Positions 1-9,769 of a stretch of 64,000 nucleotides of DNA are shown in pieces. The stretch's first letter is position 1, and every line of letters starts with the position of its first letter. Both the position numbers and the translations under genes were made by a program. The stretch covers positions 30,957 through 94,956 of the forward strand of contig JBMNGX010000005.1 in NCBI GenBank assembly GCA_050950065.1, given 5' to 3'. This stretch comes from Sphaerochaetaceae bacterium. GTDB lineage: Bacteria > Spirochaetota > Spirochaetia > Sphaerochaetales > Sphaerochaetaceae. The notes under the pieces were generated by a model. That model ran no database searches, had not been told where the DNA came from, and worked only from the letters and a program-made list of their open reading frames with translations.

Positions 1-2
1 CT

Positions 3-995
3 TTAATCTTTAATCAAAGTGACTTTAATTGTAGAGGAGTAATCTCCTCCAATTAGGGGGGTGTTATATTCATTTATCCTTGTTATGCCAATTTCCATGT
101 ACTCTTGCCATTTGTTGGATAATGCTTTGTTTTCAATAGGGATAGTTACGGCACTATTTGTGCTAGAGAAGCTGCGCCCTGGTAGGGTAATGTAATATGG
201 AATAGATCCTTGTCCGTTATTTTTTTCAAATCTAAATTGGTTACTATTTTCGGGTTCGATTTTAATCTTAAAAGAGTCATTGGCGTTACTATCAATAGAC
301 ATGAAAGAGACAGCTCCTACTGTTAAAACTCCACTTTTGTTGTTGTTCAGGTAAATAACATCTATACCTTCAGCTGTAGGATATTGTTCAACAAAGAAAA
401 AGTTTTGTGGCTCACCAGAACCACTAGCTGTGGGTTTGACATAAAACGCTACGATCGGAAATGCTCTACTATCAACTATCACTCCATTGTTATCAACAAA
501 TTCAATCATAAAAAAATTAGAATAAGTTCCATATAGAGAAGTTTGGCCACCTTCAGGAGCATTGAACTTAAGTGAAATAAAATTATAGGTATTGTCGTTT
601 TTGTAACTAACTGTATAGGCTAGAGGACTTGTAGTTGTTTCATAAGTATGATTTACATCACCTTCTGCTTCAACCTTAACTGAAAAACTAATTCTTTTAG
701 AGCTATCCTCAGTATTAACTAGTTCAAAATTATCACCTGTTGGTACGCTTATTCTTAAAGTCAATTCCCCATAACCAGCAGGCAAATTTTGCCAATATAT
801 TCGCCTTATACTTACTTGTCCATAAGAATTATAAACCCTATTTGAATCCCAATTTAAATCTTGGTCGTTGTTATCAAGCCAATGGTATGTTTGGTACTCA
901 GGTAATGCGTAATTTAAGTGGTTGGCTATAATTTTTTCAGCACCCAAAAATATTAAAATTATAAGTACAAACAGAAAAGTTTTGAATTTCTTCAT
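3..995 (-). CDS. secreted protein of unknown function
   Basis: 330-aa ORF, ATG at 995 and TAA at 3-5. Has an N-terminal signal-peptide-like segment (MKKFKTFLFVLIILIFLGA). Composition is Asn/Ser/Tyr-rich and beta-strand-like, in two roughly equal halves. No family recognised. Confidence 0.6.
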   Translation of the reverse strand: MKKFKTFLFVLIILIFLGAEKIIANHLNYALPEYQTYHWLDNNDQDLNWDSNRVYNSYGQVSIRRIYWQNLPAGYGELTLRISVPTGDNFELVNTEDSSKRISFSVKVEAEGDVNHTYETTTSPLAYTVSYKNDNTYNFISLKFNAPEGGQTSLYGTYSNFFMIEFVDNNGVIVDSRAFPIVAFYVKPTASGSGEPQNFFFVEQYPTAEGIDVIYLNNNKSGVLTVGAVSFMSIDSNANDSFKIKIEPENSNQFRFEKNNGQGSIPYYITLPGRSFSSTNSAVTIPIENKALSNKWQEYMEIGITRINEYNTPLIGGDYSSTIKVTLIKD

Positions 996-1053
996 CTTTA
1001 AGATATTAAAATGAGTTCAAATTAAAGTCAATAAACCCTAGTTATTTCTATAT

Positions 1054-1953
1054 CTAAAACACAATTGTGCTTAATAGTCCTAAGCTAAATGTTAAACAGT
1101 ACAGTAAGAAAATCTTTGAAATATCACCCATAGAGGGGTCTTTTGTTTCTAAAGAGAAACCTCTTTTGTTCATATTTTTATAAATAATAAGAGAGAGAAT
1201 AAAGGCTACTAAAGAAAATGGAGCTACATTTATTGGTAGGTATGAGGTAAAAGAGTATAAAATAGTGAGAACAAAAGTTGAAATAAGTTGTCCATACATA
1301 AAGATGGCAACACTTTTTTCAGAAAGAACAATTGCTAATGTTCTTCTTCCAGCTTCGGTATCAGAGAATTTATCACATCGGTTGTTAACAGATAAAATCA
1401 TCCCAATGATAATCATAAAAGGGAGTGAGACTAACAAAGAGCTAAGATTTAAAGTAAGGGTATGAACATAGTAAGTTATTAAAAATAGGATAGTTCCTAA
1501 AAACCCTCCAGCAAAGATTTCCCCAAAAGGGGTACGAGAGATCGGAAAAGGACCCCCTGTATAAACATACCCAACACCCATACAGATTGCACCAATGATT
1601 ATTAAATAAAAACTTGTTTTATAGGCTAAAATTAGACCTAAAATTGCAGCTGCTAAAAATAAGATAGATGAGACAATTAAAGCCATGGTGGGATTAACAT
1701 GTTCATGAACTAATACCTTAGCTTGCTCTTTGTTAAACTTTTTATTATCTGTACCGTTTATAAAATCGAAGTAGGTGTTAAAGCCAGTAGTGCCCATATC
1801 TACAAATAAGACAGCAAACAACATAATAATAAATTTTGATAAGGAGAACGAAGTTGTTGAAATGGCAACATAGACAGAGGCACTAAGGTAGGTCCCCATA
1901 CTAATAATTTTTGTCCTTATCTCTACTATGCTGTTAAATTGTCTGAAATTCAT
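1054..1953 (-). CDS. UbiA-family polyprenyltransferase, MenA-like
   Basis: 299-aa polytopic membrane ORF. First Asp-rich motif is NTYFDFINGTD; second motif is NNRCDKFSDTEAGRRTLA. Both are typical of the UbiA/MenA prenyltransferase superfamily. Confidence 0.7.
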   Translation of the reverse strand: MNFRQFNSIVEIRTKIISMGTYLSASVYVAISTTSFSLSKFIIMLFAVLFVDMGTTGFNTYFDFINGTDNKKFNKEQAKVLVHEHVNPTMALIVSSILFLAAAILGLILAYKTSFYLIIIGAICMGVGYVYTGGPFPISRTPFGEIFAGGFLGTILFLITYYVHTLTLNLSSLLVSLPFMIIIGMILSVNNRCDKFSDTEAGRRTLAIVLSEKSVAIFMYGQLISTFVLTILYSFTSYLPINVAPFSLVAFILSLIIYKNMNKRGFSLETKDPSMGDISKIFLLYCLTFSLGLLSTIVF

Positions 1954-2080
1954 AAAACTACTTTATTATAAAAGGGATTTGTTAAAAAGCCCCTTTAATT
2001 ATAGTTATAAAGTAGTTCTTCTTGAAAGTTGATCTCTACAAGTCTATTATAGAGAGTGTATTTAACTACTGGAGTGTGAA

Positions 2081-2800
2081 ATGCAACTAAAATATGAAAC
2101 TGTATTTAGGGAATTGCAAAGTAAAATTCTCAGTGGATACTGGCCTGAAAATGCTATGATTCCAACCGAGTTTGAACTGTGTGAAGAGTACAACGTCAGT
2201 CGTATCACTGTCCGAAGAGCTTTAGAAGAGTTAGTTCGTACAGGTCTAATTAGGCGTTCTAGGGGTAAAGGCTCTTTTGTTTGTTCAACTAAGCACCTTA
2301 GTGAAACTCGCAATGCAGCAACAGATAATCTTTATGATTCAATTCTTACCAACATAAAAAACCAAATTATTGAAGATAAGTATTATGGTCCTAATACCTC
2401 ATTAGCAAAAAATATGCCTCTATTGTTAAACAACGTGGATGAGGGAATTGTTAGAATTAGACTGTTAGAGTTAGTTGATGAGGTCCCACACTCTCTTAAA
2501 AGTGTTTTTGTTTCTGAATCAACTAGTAAGCTACTAGATCGAGAAGATCTAGCTAACAAACCTTTTTTAGAGGTTTATGAAAAAAGTACTAATAATAAAA
2601 TTATTTCCATGAGACGTACAATCTCTGCAATAATTCCTGATGATTATCATTGCAACTTACTTGGGGTAAAAAGGGGAACTGCGCACTTGTGGATGAAAAA
2701 CACTGCATTCATCGAAGATCGAGTTCCTGTTGCAACCAGTTACACAATCATCAATGGGAACCTTTTTGACTTTGTTGTCGATTTACAGCTCAAAAAATAA
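2081..2800 (+). CDS. GntR-family transcriptional regulator (HutC subfamily, UTRA-type C-terminal domain)
   Basis: N-terminal winged-HTH signature (IPTEFELCEEYNVSRITVRRALEELVRTGLIRRSRGKGSFV). Length of 239 aa fits HutC/UTRA-type regulators. GGAG lies upstream of the ATG. Confidence 0.8.
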   Translation: MQLKYETVFRELQSKILSGYWPENAMIPTEFELCEEYNVSRITVRRALEELVRTGLIRRSRGKGSFVCSTKHLSETRNAATDNLYDSILTNIKNQIIEDKYYGPNTSLAKNMPLLLNNVDEGIVRIRLLELVDEVPHSLKSVFVSESTSKLLDREDLANKPFLEVYEKSTNNKIISMRRTISAIIPDDYHCNLLGVKRGTAHLWMKNTAFIEDRVPVATSYTIINGNLFDFVVDLQLKK

Positions 2801-2871
2801 TTGATTTATTTTGACAAAACATTTTAATGTGTTAATATTTCTCACACCAAAGAGTCTAATAGGAGTGTAAG

Positions 2872-4806
2872 ATGAGAACCATTATTAGGATGCTTGAAGA
2901 ATCTGCAAAAAGATACCCAAATCGCTTCTACTCTTCAATGAAAGGAGAGTCGGGATGGGAGGGGAAAACATTTGGGGATATCGATACCCTATCTAATTAC
3001 TTTGCTGCTACTTTAATAGAGGATAATATAGAAATAGGCTCTAACTTTGGCCTTTTAGCTGAAGGAAGAAGTGAGTGGATAATTGCTGAGATGGGCTTAT
3101 TAAAAGCTAAAATGGTCTCAGTACCTCTTTCTATTAAGTTAACTAGTGATGAGATTGCATTTAGGTTAACTCATAGTGAAGCTAAAGGAATCATTGCCTC
3201 ATCAAACACTTTAGACAACGTTTGTAAAGCTTTGGAGATGTTAGAAAAAAAACCTGTGTTGTACTACTTAGATGATAACGACGATCGTCTAAAACGTAAT
3301 AGTGAAAAGTATAAGTGGACAGAGGGTAAAGACTACATCATTTGGCCAAAGATTATAAAAAGAGGGACAGAGCTTCTAAAGAAAAACAACGAGTTAGTAA
3401 AAAACAGTATCGCTGAGATAAATGAAAATGATGTAGTTAATATTTGTTACACTAGTGGTACTACAGGAAATCCAAAAGGGATTATGTTAACTCACCTTAA
3501 CTATTGGTCAAATAGCCACGATGCTGTACAGCTTTTTGATCTTCCTGATGGAAAGTTAGAAACATTAGTTGTTTTACCAGTGGATCACTCATTTGCCCAC
3601 ACTGTTGCTATTTACACAGCCTTACTTAGAGGGATAACACTAAGTTTTGTTGATGCACGAGGAAGCAATGCTGCAATAGTTCGTAACTTCCCTAAAAACT
3701 TAGGTGAAGTTAATCCCACCTTCTTATTAACAGTTCCTTCCATAAGTGGGAATTTTATGAAGAAGATGATTAGTGGAATAAAACAAAAAGGGAAGTTTGT
3801 TGAGACAATTTTTAATAACGGTCTAGATGCTGGAATTAAACGTAATGGTGATGGCTTTAATAAAGGCTCTTTGTTAACCCACATTAAAACATTTATCCCT
3901 TACAAACTTGCATCCATATTAGTATTTCCAAAGTTACGCCAAGTGTTTGGCAATAGAATAGAATATTGTGTTGGCGGAGGAGCTTTATTAGAAGCTCGTC
4001 AGCAACACTTCTTTGCAGCAATAGGAGTACCTGTTTATCAAGGGTACGGTTTAACAGAAGCTGCCCCAATAATTAGTTCCAACTCCCCACTAAAGTATAA
4101 ATTCGGTACTAGTGGAGTAGTTGCCCCCTCTGTTACTTGTAAAATAATGGTTGATGATACTACTGAAGCTAAAGTTAACCAAAGAGGTGAGATTGTTATC
4201 AAAGGGGATAACGTGATGAAAGGGTATTTTAAAAACCCAGAGGCAACTAAAGAGGTTCTAAGAGAGGAAGATGGAGAGACTTGGTTGTGGACGGGAGATT
4301 TAGGATACTACGATGAAGATAACTTTTTAGTGGTAACTGGAAGAGCTAAAGCCCTTTTGATAGCTAAAGATGGCGAAAAGTACTCACCTGAAGAGGTTGA
4401 AGAGGTGATGGTTAACAACGTTGATTTAATTAATCAACTCGTTGTTTATAACGATCACGACCCAATAACCACTGCCTTAGTCACCTTACAAGAAGAGGCA
4501 GTGAAAGCCCTTATAACTAAAGAGGGAATAAAAGATCAAAAAGAGCTTTATGATAGTGTTATTAAAATCCTAAAATCGTATGAAGATAAAGCTAAAGGAA
4601 TTATTCCTTCTCAGTGGATTCCTAGTAGGTTCACAATAATTGAGAAAGCTTTCAGTGAAGATGATGGATTAGTAAACTCAACTATGAAACTTGTCCGTTA
4701 CAAAGTGATCGAACATTACAAAGAGCGCATTGAGCAGATGTATGAAAGTGAGCAATTAAACGATCAGAAAAACTTAGAGGTATTAAAGAAACTGTTTTTT
4801 AGTTAG
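2872..4806 (+). CDS. long-chain fatty acid--CoA ligase (AMP-forming, FadD-like)
   Basis: 644-aa ORF with the AMP-binding signature YTSGTTGNPKGIMLTH and a GYGLTE motif. AGGAG RBS upstream. Confidence 0.8.
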   Translation: MRTIIRMLEESAKRYPNRFYSSMKGESGWEGKTFGDIDTLSNYFAATLIEDNIEIGSNFGLLAEGRSEWIIAEMGLLKAKMVSVPLSIKLTSDEIAFRLTHSEAKGIIASSNTLDNVCKALEMLEKKPVLYYLDDNDDRLKRNSEKYKWTEGKDYIIWPKIIKRGTELLKKNNELVKNSIAEINENDVVNICYTSGTTGNPKGIMLTHLNYWSNSHDAVQLFDLPDGKLETLVVLPVDHSFAHTVAIYTALLRGITLSFVDARGSNAAIVRNFPKNLGEVNPTFLLTVPSISGNFMKKMISGIKQKGKFVETIFNNGLDAGIKRNGDGFNKGSLLTHIKTFIPYKLASILVFPKLRQVFGNRIEYCVGGGALLEARQQHFFAAIGVPVYQGYGLTEAAPIISSNSPLKYKFGTSGVVAPSVTCKIMVDDTTEAKVNQRGEIVIKGDNVMKGYFKNPEATKEVLREEDGETWLWTGDLGYYDEDNFLVVTGRAKALLIAKDGEKYSPEEVEEVMVNNVDLINQLVVYNDHDPITTALVTLQEEAVKALITKEGIKDQKELYDSVIKILKSYEDKAKGIIPSQWIPSRFTIIEKAFSEDDGLVNSTMKLVRYKVIEHYKERIEQMYESEQLNDQKNLEVLKKLFFS

Positions 4807-5179
4807 TTTGACAATCTGAGCAAATCCCTTTAAGGATTATGTCGTGCTCTTGAACTTCAAAGCCAAACTCTTTTTTAATTTCGGCATCGATTGGTTTGAA
4901 AAAATCTAAATCGATGTCGATTACTTTTTTACAGTTGAGACAGTAGAGGTGTGAGTGCTCATCATTACGGGCATCGTAGCGGGTAGAGGATGAGTCAATT
5001 GAGTCTACTTTTATAATTTTCCCTACCTCAACAAGTAGATTTAAGTTTCTATAAACAGTCCCCAAACTAATTGAGGGCATCTTCTTTTTTACATGGAGGT
5101 AGATTTGCTCAGCTGTAGGGTGAGTATCAAATGATTCTAATGTTTCATAGATCAATTCTCTTTGACGTGAATAGCGCAT
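4799..5179 (-). CDS. Fur-family metalloregulator (Fur/PerR/Zur type not resolved)
   Basis: 126 aa. N-terminal winged helix (HPTAEQIY...LGTVYRNL) and two CxxC pairs (CLNC, CSDC) for structural Zn. AAGGAGGAG RBS. Confidence 0.8.
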   Translation of the reverse strand: MRYSRQRELIYETLESFDTHPTAEQIYLHVKKKMPSISLGTVYRNLNLLVEVGKIIKVDSIDSSSTRYDARNDEHSHLYCLNCKKVIDIDLDFFKPIDAEIKKEFGFEVQEHDIILKGICSDCQTN

Positions 5180-5204
5180 TGTCTCCTCCTTCTAATATAG
5201 ATGT

Positions 5205-5226
5205 TGTAACTTAATAAAAAGTTACA
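5205..5226. promoter_or_regulatory. inverted repeat TGTAACTT-N6-AAGTTACA in the fur-family/lipoprotein divergent region
   Basis: Perfect 8-bp arms read directly from the sequence, about 26 bp upstream of the Fur-family start codon. Candidate autoregulatory operator. It does not match the classical Fur or PerR box. Confidence 0.25.
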
Positions 5227-5267
5227 CTATGGGCTAGTATAACTCATATTAGTAATCATTCCTATTC

Positions 5268-5285
5268 TTAATATCATAATATTAA
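5268..5285. promoter_or_regulatory. AT-rich inverted repeat TTAATAT-CATA-ATATTAA
   Basis: Perfect 7-bp arms in the same divergent intergenic region. It loosely resembles 7-1-7 Fur-family boxes but the spacing differs. Confidence 0.2.
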
Positions 5286-5449
5286 TTGTCATGTCAATCA
5301 ACTATTGTTACTTTATCTTCACGTAGGTGTTTTTTCTATATGGCACTAGAAGCCATGTTATGACAAATGTTGCTGTTTTTACTAGCTTTTTGGTTAGTAA
5401 CAACTTATTATTTATGGAGGGAAGGAGTTCCCTCATAGGAGAAAAGGTT

Positions 5450-6304
5450 ATGAGAAAGAAAATTATAGGGTTTTTAATAATACCCATACTCTTAATAGCC
5501 GTCATAGGATGTGATTTAGATGCATTAAGTGGATTGATGGGTAAAATGGGTACAAACGTCCTAACATCAACAGGAGCTGTAACAGTTGATGACACCCAAA
5601 CCAAAAAAGTTTCTGAAAATATTAGTAAGGTTGTTGATGGAGCTGGGAAAGTAGACAAAGAAAAGCTTAAGGAAGTAAAAGAGGATCTTAAAGATATCTT
5701 AGATTCACCTAAAAAAGCTGAAGACTTAAAAGAGAAGCTTAAAAATGATGCAGATCCAAATACTGCTTCAAAGACAAATGATGAATTAAAAGAAAAGTTA
5801 GAAGATCTTTTTGGTAATGATCATGGACTTGATTTTGAGATAACAACTGAAGCAGACTTATTAGTAGCAGTTTTAGTGATTGATTTATTAGATACTATAG
5901 ATAGTGCTGTCGATGTTGGTGATTTTGAAGACCTAGATGAAAGTGAAATTATGGATATTGTTTCAGATGCCTTCTTTATTATTGAAGTTGTCAACTCTCT
6001 TTCTTCTACAGGTGATGTTGATGTAGATGATATTTTACAAGATTTCTTAGCTAATCTGGGGGATGGTTTCAGAGGTGTTTCAAGAGCTAATTCACGCGAT
6101 GGTGGTGGAGATGATTTTGAGGTAGAAGAAGTTATTGTTCCAATCTTAAAGTCGGTAATCACTGCAATGGATACCAATAAAAATGGTGTTGTTTCAAAGT
6201 CGGAACTTGATGCTATGGTAGTCAACTACAGCTTTATTAGAAGTAGCTATGAAAGTATGGCTAAGGCACTAGCAAAAGAGACTAGTTCTAAAAGAAGAAA
6301 GTAA
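5450..6304 (+). CDS. acidic lipoprotein with an EF-hand-like Ca-binding loop
   Basis: Start moved to the ATG at 5450, with AGGAG 7 nt upstream. Signal peptide with lipobox (MRKKIIGFLIIPILLIAVIGC). The mature part is very Asp/Glu-rich. A canonical 12-residue EF-hand loop, DTNKNGVVSKSE, is encoded at 6170-6205. Confidence 0.7.
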   Translation: MRKKIIGFLIIPILLIAVIGCDLDALSGLMGKMGTNVLTSTGAVTVDDTQTKKVSENISKVVDGAGKVDKEKLKEVKEDLKDILDSPKKAEDLKEKLKNDADPNTASKTNDELKEKLEDLFGNDHGLDFEITTEADLLVAVLVIDLLDTIDSAVDVGDFEDLDESEIMDIVSDAFFIIEVVNSLSSTGDVDVDDILQDFLANLGDGFRGVSRANSRDGGGDDFEVEEVIVPILKSVITAMDTNKNGVVSKSELDAMVVNYSFIRSSYESMAKALAKETSSKRRK

Positions 6305-6633
6305 AAATTTCAGATCCAATTAGTTATCTCATTAGTGTTGTTGTCACAACAGGTGAAGATCAATTTAGTAACTATGAAAATGGTGATAGCACAGGGTTTA
6401 GAGGATTGCTAAATGATGTTTATGCGTTTATTAAAGCATATGAGAAGAACAATAGTGCAGAGTTTAATGATTATGTAAAAGATGATGGTAACGACATTGA
6501 ATTTAAGTTATTTGAAGATGTCTTCGGCGAGAATGAACCAAATACGAACCCTGCTCTTAGAATTAGAAAAACATTAGAGACTCTTATCGATGCTAGTGAT
6601 TTATCTGGATTTGATCTATTTGATGTTGAATAG
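6292..6633 (+). other. open frame continuing the acidic lipoprotein in the -1 frame (probable C-terminal part of the same gene)
   Basis: The frame is open from 6292 to TAG at 6631-6633 and overlaps the lipoprotein stop at 6302-6304. No ATG is present; the only TTG (6406) has no usable SD. Composition is the same acidic type. One extra A in the A4 run at 6290-6293 would fuse both frames. Confidence 0.45.
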
Positions 6634-6644
6634 GGGTAGATAAT

Positions 6645-7907
6645 ATGAAAAAGAAAATTATTTTAACATTACTAATTGTAGGCTTATTAACTTCTGCCCT
6701 TTATGCAGACTTCTTTGATGATAACCAATTATTTGATCAAGGAACTACTTTTAAACCTATAAGTGCTCGCATAGAGGCTATGGGTGGGGCAGGAATCGCT
6801 ACAGCAAGAAATGGAGATGCCTTTTTCTTCAACCCAGCAAACTTAGCTGATGGTAAATTTAGTTTAAACCTACCTTCTGTATCAGTAACACTTTTTAACC
6901 CTAAGAAGATTATTGATACTGGTATTATCCAAAAACTAATAGAAGGGGAAGAGTTTGACCCAGTAGCAGATGGAATGGGGATTCTCAATATTTTTAACAG
7001 AGGAAAAGGGGATGTATTAACAACAGATATTGCAACCTCATTTACAGTAGGTGGATTTGGCTTAGGGTTGAATATTCAACAACAACTTCACAATATTGAT
7101 AAAGGATCCAATGTTAACTTGTTTGCTGAATTGAGTGTTGCCCTTTCAGTTGGTCTAGGTGTAAGAATTGATTTACTTCCCAATAAAATATCTTTAGACG
7201 TTGGGGCAGTAGCTCGTCCAACTTATAAGGTTTACACCGATGGAATTGGTGCTGGTAAAGTTCTTAGTTTAGTTTCAGATGATGATGATGCAGATGATCC
7301 ATTTGATGCAATAATGAAAGAAGTTGCCCTTGCAGCTGGTTCAGCTCTCCCATTTGATATAGGACTTAATGTAAACTTCCCATTTGGATTTAGAGTTTCT
7401 GCTGTTGCTAGAGACATTAATGGACAATTTAAAATGCAAAAGTATGAGCACTCTGGAGATTATATCAATGAAATGATGGATCTTTTTGGAGGGGATAAGA
7501 ATACTTATAGTGGGGCCTCAGCAGAACCTGTTGAGTTTGAAGCTGAATTGGTCCCATGGTCATTAGACTTTGGTGTTGGTTGGGTTGGTTCTTTTGGACG
7601 TCTTGATAAATTCATTAGACCAACATTCTCATTTGACTTTGTTGATGTTAATAACTTAGCTAAAGCTTTAGAGAGTGATAAGAATGCTTATTGGAATCAC
7701 TTAAGAGCTGGAGTTGAGCTAAGATTGCTATCTACAATTGACTTAAGAGCTGGTATGAATAGAGGTGCATTATCAGTTGGAGTAGGGTTAGACCTATTTG
7801 CAATGAGAGTTGATGCAGCTTACTACTGGCGTGAAATGGGTGTCTCTATTGGTGATAGATCAGTTGATGCCTTCACAATTAGATTCAACTTAGGATATGA
7901 CCGATAG
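6645..7907 (+). CDS. outer-membrane beta-barrel protein, FadL/TraF/PorV-like
   Basis: Signal peptide MKKKIILTLLIVGLLTSALYA. N-terminal motif ARIEAMGGAGIATARNGDAFFFNPANLA is typical of FadL/TraF-type barrels. Alternating amphipathic strands and an aromatic-rich C-terminal strand (FTIRFNLGYDR). Confidence 0.65.
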   Translation: MKKKIILTLLIVGLLTSALYADFFDDNQLFDQGTTFKPISARIEAMGGAGIATARNGDAFFFNPANLADGKFSLNLPSVSVTLFNPKKIIDTGIIQKLIEGEEFDPVADGMGILNIFNRGKGDVLTTDIATSFTVGGFGLGLNIQQQLHNIDKGSNVNLFAELSVALSVGLGVRIDLLPNKISLDVGAVARPTYKVYTDGIGAGKVLSLVSDDDDADDPFDAIMKEVALAAGSALPFDIGLNVNFPFGFRVSAVARDINGQFKMQKYEHSGDYINEMMDLFGGDKNTYSGASAEPVEFEAELVPWSLDFGVGWVGSFGRLDKFIRPTFSFDFVDVNNLAKALESDKNAYWNHLRAGVELRLLSTIDLRAGMNRGALSVGVGLDLFAMRVDAAYYWREMGVSIGDRSVDAFTIRFNLGYDR

Positions 7908-7928
7908 CAGATATTTCGCAATTTGATT

Positions 7929-7956
7929 GAGCTCCCCGATTGGGGAGCTCTTTTGT
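7929..7956 (+). terminator. rho-independent terminator
   Basis: GAGCTCCCC-GATT-GGGGAGCTC stem-loop followed by TTTTGTT. Confidence 0.8.
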
Positions 7957-8072
7957 TATTAGTCTAACTGTTTGTTCTTATTTCTAACAATTTGTAAAAT
8001 AATACTAGATATGTGTTGTTTCCTATGTTATGCTAGGCACAATTATATCGTAAGCACATAGGAAGGAGTATT

Positions 8073-9692
8073 ATGGCAAACTTTGGAATTTGGGGACTTA
8101 TCCCACCAGTTTTAACCATTGCACTAGCATTCATAACAAAAGATGTAGTTATCTCCCTATTTTTAGGAATCCTTTCAGGAACTTTAATTGTAGCGGCAGG
8201 CAATCCATTTTTAGCATTGGTTAACTTATCTGATGTATTGGCTGAATCTTTAGCCGATGGGTGGAACATTAGAATATTATTATTCTGTGCTCTATTGGGA
8301 GGCCTTGTTGGGCTCTTAGCTAAAACCGGAGCTGCTCAAGCTTTTGGTAGATGGGCTGCAAAAAGGGTGAGAACAAAGAGAGCTTCAATGTTATTAACAT
8401 GGGCTTTTGGTCTTATGATTTTTATTGATGACTATTTTAACAGCTTGGCTGTTGGAACAGTTATGCGTCCTATCACCGATGCAAATGGAGTTCCTAGAGC
8501 TAAATTAGCCTACATACTCGACTCAACTGCAGCTCCTGTATGTATCATAGCTCCAGTTTCATCTTGGGTTGTTACAGTTATGTCGATAGTTAAAGGATCT
8601 GAAGGATTTAAAGAACTTGGGATGAGTGAGTTTGAGTTCTTTATTAGATCAATTCCTTTCAACCTTTATGCTTTGTTTGCACTAATAATGGTTGTAGTGA
8701 TTATTTTAACTAACAGAGACTTTGGACCAATGGCCTCATCTAACAGATACCATGAAACAACTGGTTCTTTGTATAACTTAGCTTATGGTGATGCTCCTGG
8801 TGAAATTGCTGAGATGCAAGCTGAAACAGATTTAGCTAAGCCAATTGATATGCTTTTCCCTATCGTTGTTTTAATTTTATCTGCAGTTGCCTTTTTCCCA
8901 ATTACAACTTGGTACTTAGAGGCTCTAGATGGAACTTACGCCTCATTTGGTGAAGCTATGAGAAGTATGACACTATCTGAAGCATTTGCTAACACAGATG
9001 CCTCATTTGCTTTGTTCTACTCAATTATTATCACACTCACTGTTACTTACATCTACTACTTTGCCCGTCGCCTATTTACCATTAAAACTGCTTCTGAAGC
9101 ATTGAAAGATGGAATTGGCTCAATGGTTCCAGCTTTAATGATCTTAACAATGGCTTGGTCAATTGGAACAATTATTTCAGCATCTCCTGATGAGGGTGGG
9201 CTAGGTTTAGCCTCATTTTTATCTGACACTGTAGTAGCAGGGGGCTTCCCATTGGCATTAGTACCAATGATAGTCTTTGCCCTTTCAGCTTTGATTGCTT
9301 TTTCTACAGGAACAAGCTGGGGAACATTTGCAATTATGATTCCAATCACAATGCCTATTATTGCAGGACTTGCCAACTCGAAAGGGATGGACTTAAGTGG
9401 ATTGTCAAATGCTATGTTCTTAGGTGTTGCTGCAGTACTTGGAGGTTCGGTCTTTGGAGATCACGCCTCTCCTATTTCAGATACAACAATCTTATCCTCA
9501 ACTGGGGCAAGTTGTCCCCACTTAGAGCACGTTAGCACTCAAATGCCATATGCGCTATTTGTTGCTGTCGTCTCAATAGTTGGATTCTTAATTGGTGGTA
9601 TTTTCTTAAATGCCATCGCAGCATGGGTGGCTTCTATAATCGTGTTTGTAGCGGGCATGATTGTGTTGCCAAGAGTTTACCAAGGAACTTAA
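8073..9692 (+). CDS. Na+/H+ antiporter, NhaC family
   Basis: 539-aa polytopic membrane ORF. Overall sequence pattern fits NhaC-type antiporters (recognised by eye). GGAAGGAG RBS. Confidence 0.7.
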   Translation: MANFGIWGLIPPVLTIALAFITKDVVISLFLGILSGTLIVAAGNPFLALVNLSDVLAESLADGWNIRILLFCALLGGLVGLLAKTGAAQAFGRWAAKRVRTKRASMLLTWAFGLMIFIDDYFNSLAVGTVMRPITDANGVPRAKLAYILDSTAAPVCIIAPVSSWVVTVMSIVKGSEGFKELGMSEFEFFIRSIPFNLYALFALIMVVVIILTNRDFGPMASSNRYHETTGSLYNLAYGDAPGEIAEMQAETDLAKPIDMLFPIVVLILSAVAFFPITTWYLEALDGTYASFGEAMRSMTLSEAFANTDASFALFYSIIITLTVTYIYYFARRLFTIKTASEALKDGIGSMVPALMILTMAWSIGTIISASPDEGGLGLASFLSDTVVAGGFPLALVPMIVFALSALIAFSTGTSWGTFAIMIPITMPIIAGLANSKGMDLSGLSNAMFLGVAAVLGGSVFGDHASPISDTTILSSTGASCPHLEHVSTQMPYALFVAVVSIVGFLIGGIFLNAIAAWVASIIVFVAGMIVLPRVYQGT

Positions 9693-9769
9693 TAGTTTCT
9701 TAAGCGAAGATGAATTTTGATAAATGGGGGTGGCGCTTGCTACCCCCATTCTAGTATGATGAGAACTCT

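Noticed and set aside
9723-9750. AATGGGGGT-N10-ACCCCCATT hairpin after nhaC as a terminator
   Set aside because: It is a strong 9-bp stem, but it is followed by CTAGTATG rather than a U-tract. It may still act as a terminator or RNA-stability element, but the support is insufficient to list it.
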